This document shows positions 61,892 to 64,000 of a stretch of DNA of 64,000 nucleotides, in pieces. The position numbers and the translations under genes were made by a program. A model generated the notes under the pieces. The model was not told where the DNA came from, ran no database searches, and saw only the letters and a list, made by a program, of their open reading frames with translations. The stretch is from the NCBI GenBank assembly GCA_963769935.1, contig CAVYNY010000013.1, positions 1 to 64,000 of the forward strand, read 5' to 3'. The number at the start of each line of letters is the position of its first letter. Positions within the stretch are counted from its first letter, which is position 1. This DNA is from an uncultured delta proteobacterium. GTDB taxonomy: Bacteria > Desulfobacterota > Desulfobacteria > Desulfobacterales > JAFDCJ01.

Positions 61892-62755
61892 ATGAAGGTG
61901 TTGATACTTGGCACAGGAAAAACAGGAACCACGGTTATGGTATATAAGGTCGCCGGCGGGCTGCCGAACTGTTATGCCTTTTCCGGCGGTCGCCCGGGCA
62001 AATATGTCGGCGATTACGAAAATGCAGTTTATAAGCATACCTATGAAGAGCGTAAAGGTAAAAGCTTCGAAGTTTTCCAGGAACATTTAGACAAAGAACA
62101 TTACGATCGCAAGATCTGGATGGCCCGGGATCCCCGCGATGCCGCCGTCAGCCGAATGCTGTACCGCTGGCACAAAGGTTTCATGGGCAAGAAAAAGCAA
62201 TATGAAGCCCATCTGGATCTGGTCTTAAGAAAGGAAAAAGATCCCCACGCCGTCCCGTTTTTTGAAATTTGTCGTTATACGGGACACGGCAGCTGGCCGC
62301 GGACAAGCGACCAGGTGGTAGAAGAAGAAAGACATCGTTACCAGCAGATGATTAATTTTGTCGAAGGATTGGGAAGTGATTGGTTCCGGTTCACTTTTGA
62401 AGACATGGTGGCCAACAAATTCGATGCCCTCAACAATTATCTCGGGTTTGAAGTCCAGGCCGATGCAACCGTCCCCAGCTCATCCGGCAAAGCCAAGGTG
62501 ATTCGCAAAAAAAGCACCGGCGACTGGCGCGACTGGTTCACCGAAGAGGACGTCGCGCTTTTTAAACCGGCATTTATGCCTTATATGGAACTTATTGGAT
62601 ATGACCTTGCCGACTGGGCGCTCAGCCCGGATCCCGTCATAGAGCCGAAGTACTCTTCGCTGTATATGCAGCAACTGCCCCGTAAGGCGAAGAGGAACAT
62701 CGTCCTGCGATTCCTGGACCCCATCACACAACGCCTGGGGAAACTGCATGCCTAG
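61892..62755 (+). CDS. Sulfotransferase-fold protein
   Basis: GKTGTT (5'-PSB-like), RDPRDAAVS (3'-PB) and RKKSTGDWRDWF (RKGxxGDW-like). Confidence 0.7.
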   Translation: MKVLILGTGKTGTTVMVYKVAGGLPNCYAFSGGRPGKYVGDYENAVYKHTYEERKGKSFEVFQEHLDKEHYDRKIWMARDPRDAAVSRMLYRWHKGFMGKKKQYEAHLDLVLRKEKDPHAVPFFEICRYTGHGSWPRTSDQVVEEERHRYQQMINFVEGLGSDWFRFTFEDMVANKFDALNNYLGFEVQADATVPSSSGKAKVIRKKSTGDWRDWFTEEDVALFKPAFMPYMELIGYDLADWALSPDPVIEPKYSSLYMQQLPRKAKRNIVLRFLDPITQRLGKLHA

Positions 62756-62815
62756 CCTAATTCGAGCGATTCCATATCAACAATTGGTTGCCGATGTCAG
62801 TCTTGTGGGATGCCG

Positions 62816-63661
62816 TCATGTTGAAGTGACGAAGACGGCATTGTAGCTGAGCGCTTCCGAATCGCTGCCTTCGCTCATTTTCCGGCCTGCCGAACGCGTG
62901 TAATGCTTGTGGGACAATCGATACCGGTGGTCTTTCATAAATTCCAGGATCTGCACTTTATGCGGGTCATTCATTTCGACCTGGATGGATGTCGGACGCT
63001 GCGCACCGGAAAGCAGCTGACGCATCCCGGTAAGGATGAGAAACTCATTGCCATCCACGTCGATTTTTATGTGATGGGGGGCTATGATATCACCTGAAGC
63101 CAGAAGGCGATCGACAGTAGTGGCATATTTCAGTTCGGAAATCCGGATTCCTTTTTCATCAGCGGCGGCATCGCTGACGGCTGCAAGTTGGCTGTCCGAC
63201 GTTCCAACGTCACCCGATTTATAATTAAAAGAAAACAGCCCCTCTTGATCGTTCAGCGCGAAATTATTTGGAAAAACAACCTGTTGAAAGTTGTTTAAGG
63301 CGATATTGTCAATCAATCGGGCAAAGTTGGCCCCGTGGGGTTCGAAGGCGTATACCCGGCCCCCCTTTCCCGCGCGTGAAGCCGCCAATATTGAGTAAAC
63401 GCCGATATTGGCGCCAATGTCATAGAAGATATCATCCGCTTTAACATTTTCTCTTATCCAATCGACGGTCCCGGGCTCTTTGCCGAATATTTTTAAGCAG
63501 CGGTTGAATTCACGCACGGTTTCACAGCGAAACCGATAATCGTACTGCCCGTCAATAATGTGAATATCACGGGTTAACCTTTGGCGGAATTCAAGAATAC
63601 GTCTATGAAACTTTCTTAAATAACGTTTTGGGGGCCATGCTGCGGCATCATATTGTATCAT
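62816..63661 (-). CDS. FkbM-family methyltransferase
   Basis: KEPGT..WI, FYDIGANIGVYS, AFEP and HIKIDVDGNE. Confidence 0.88.
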   Translation of the reverse strand: MIQYDAAAWPPKRYLRKFHRRILEFRQRLTRDIHIIDGQYDYRFRCETVREFNRCLKIFGKEPGTVDWIRENVKADDIFYDIGANIGVYSILAASRAGKGGRVYAFEPHGANFARLIDNIALNNFQQVVFPNNFALNDQEGLFSFNYKSGDVGTSDSQLAAVSDAAADEKGIRISELKYATTVDRLLASGDIIAPHHIKIDVDGNEFLILTGMRQLLSGAQRPTSIQVEMNDPHKVQILEFMKDHRYRLSHKHYTRSAGRKMSEGSDSEALSYNAVFVTST

Positions 63662-63907
63662 ATAAGTTTGACCTACCTTCGAGAGAACGTTGAAAAACAG
63701 GTTATTTGTCAAAACTCGACTTCATCCAGCCGGAAATGGAATTTTCCAATCCCGGGCAGTTGGCCGCTTACCCGAACCGGGATTCCGGTCGCGCTCACGA
63801 CATATATTGCAAAATCTCCCTGCAGCCCCGGAAATGAAAATTCCTCAAAATCTCTTTCTTCAGGATCCAGCGATTTCTTGATAATTTTTCTCAGCGTTTT
63901 TTTCCGG

Positions 63908-64000
63908 TCAGTTTTTTAACCGGGCTTCACTCAGCTTTAAATCCACTTGGCCTATGGTGGGCAGGAAACCTGAGGCCTGGATGGGCAGGCGGGAAACAGG
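63908..64000 (-). CDS. C-terminal end of a hypothetical gene entering the window
   Basis: Open frame PVSRLPIQASGFLPTIGQVDLKLSEARLKN*. Confidence 0.45.
   Translation of the reverse strand, partial: PVSRLPIQASGFLPTIGQVDLKLSEARLKN

Overview
Bacterial genomic window, probably from an anaerobic Desulfobacterota (Desulfobacterales-like) organism; the taxon is inferred from gene families and intergenic repeats and is not proven. It has three parts. (1) 1-2 kb: a complete minus-strand group II intron (6..1951) with an RT/maturase ORF, apparently inserted near the start of a host gene. (2) About 2-20 kb: an eroding accessory region rich in light/UV-stress genes (class II CPD photolyase, broken PhrB-type cryptochrome/photolyase, DUF523-DUF1722, YbjT-like SDR, DUF2177, DUF4174, DUF427, PNPOx-like proteins), with many gene stumps, an MscS channel and a DUF481 barrel. 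(3) About 20.4-64 kb: the main finding. A full bacterial ceramide pathway (Spt, ACP, acyl-AMP ligase, bCerS-like, CerR-like), with CpgB/CpgC/CpgD-like head-group genes, a radical SAM enzyme, an LpxL-type acyltransferase and MarR, runs on the same strand into an ABC exporter. That is followed by an unusual nonulosonic/ulosonic-acid module (KdsC-like, NeuB, SDR, ALDH, NeuA, fused transketolase) and many sugar-tailoring and transferase genes. Hypothesis: a locus for an anionic, ganglioside-like glycosphingolipid or a ceramide-anchored surface glycan. All calls come from motif recognition by eye; no database searches were run. No rRNA, tRNA or CRISPR array was seen.
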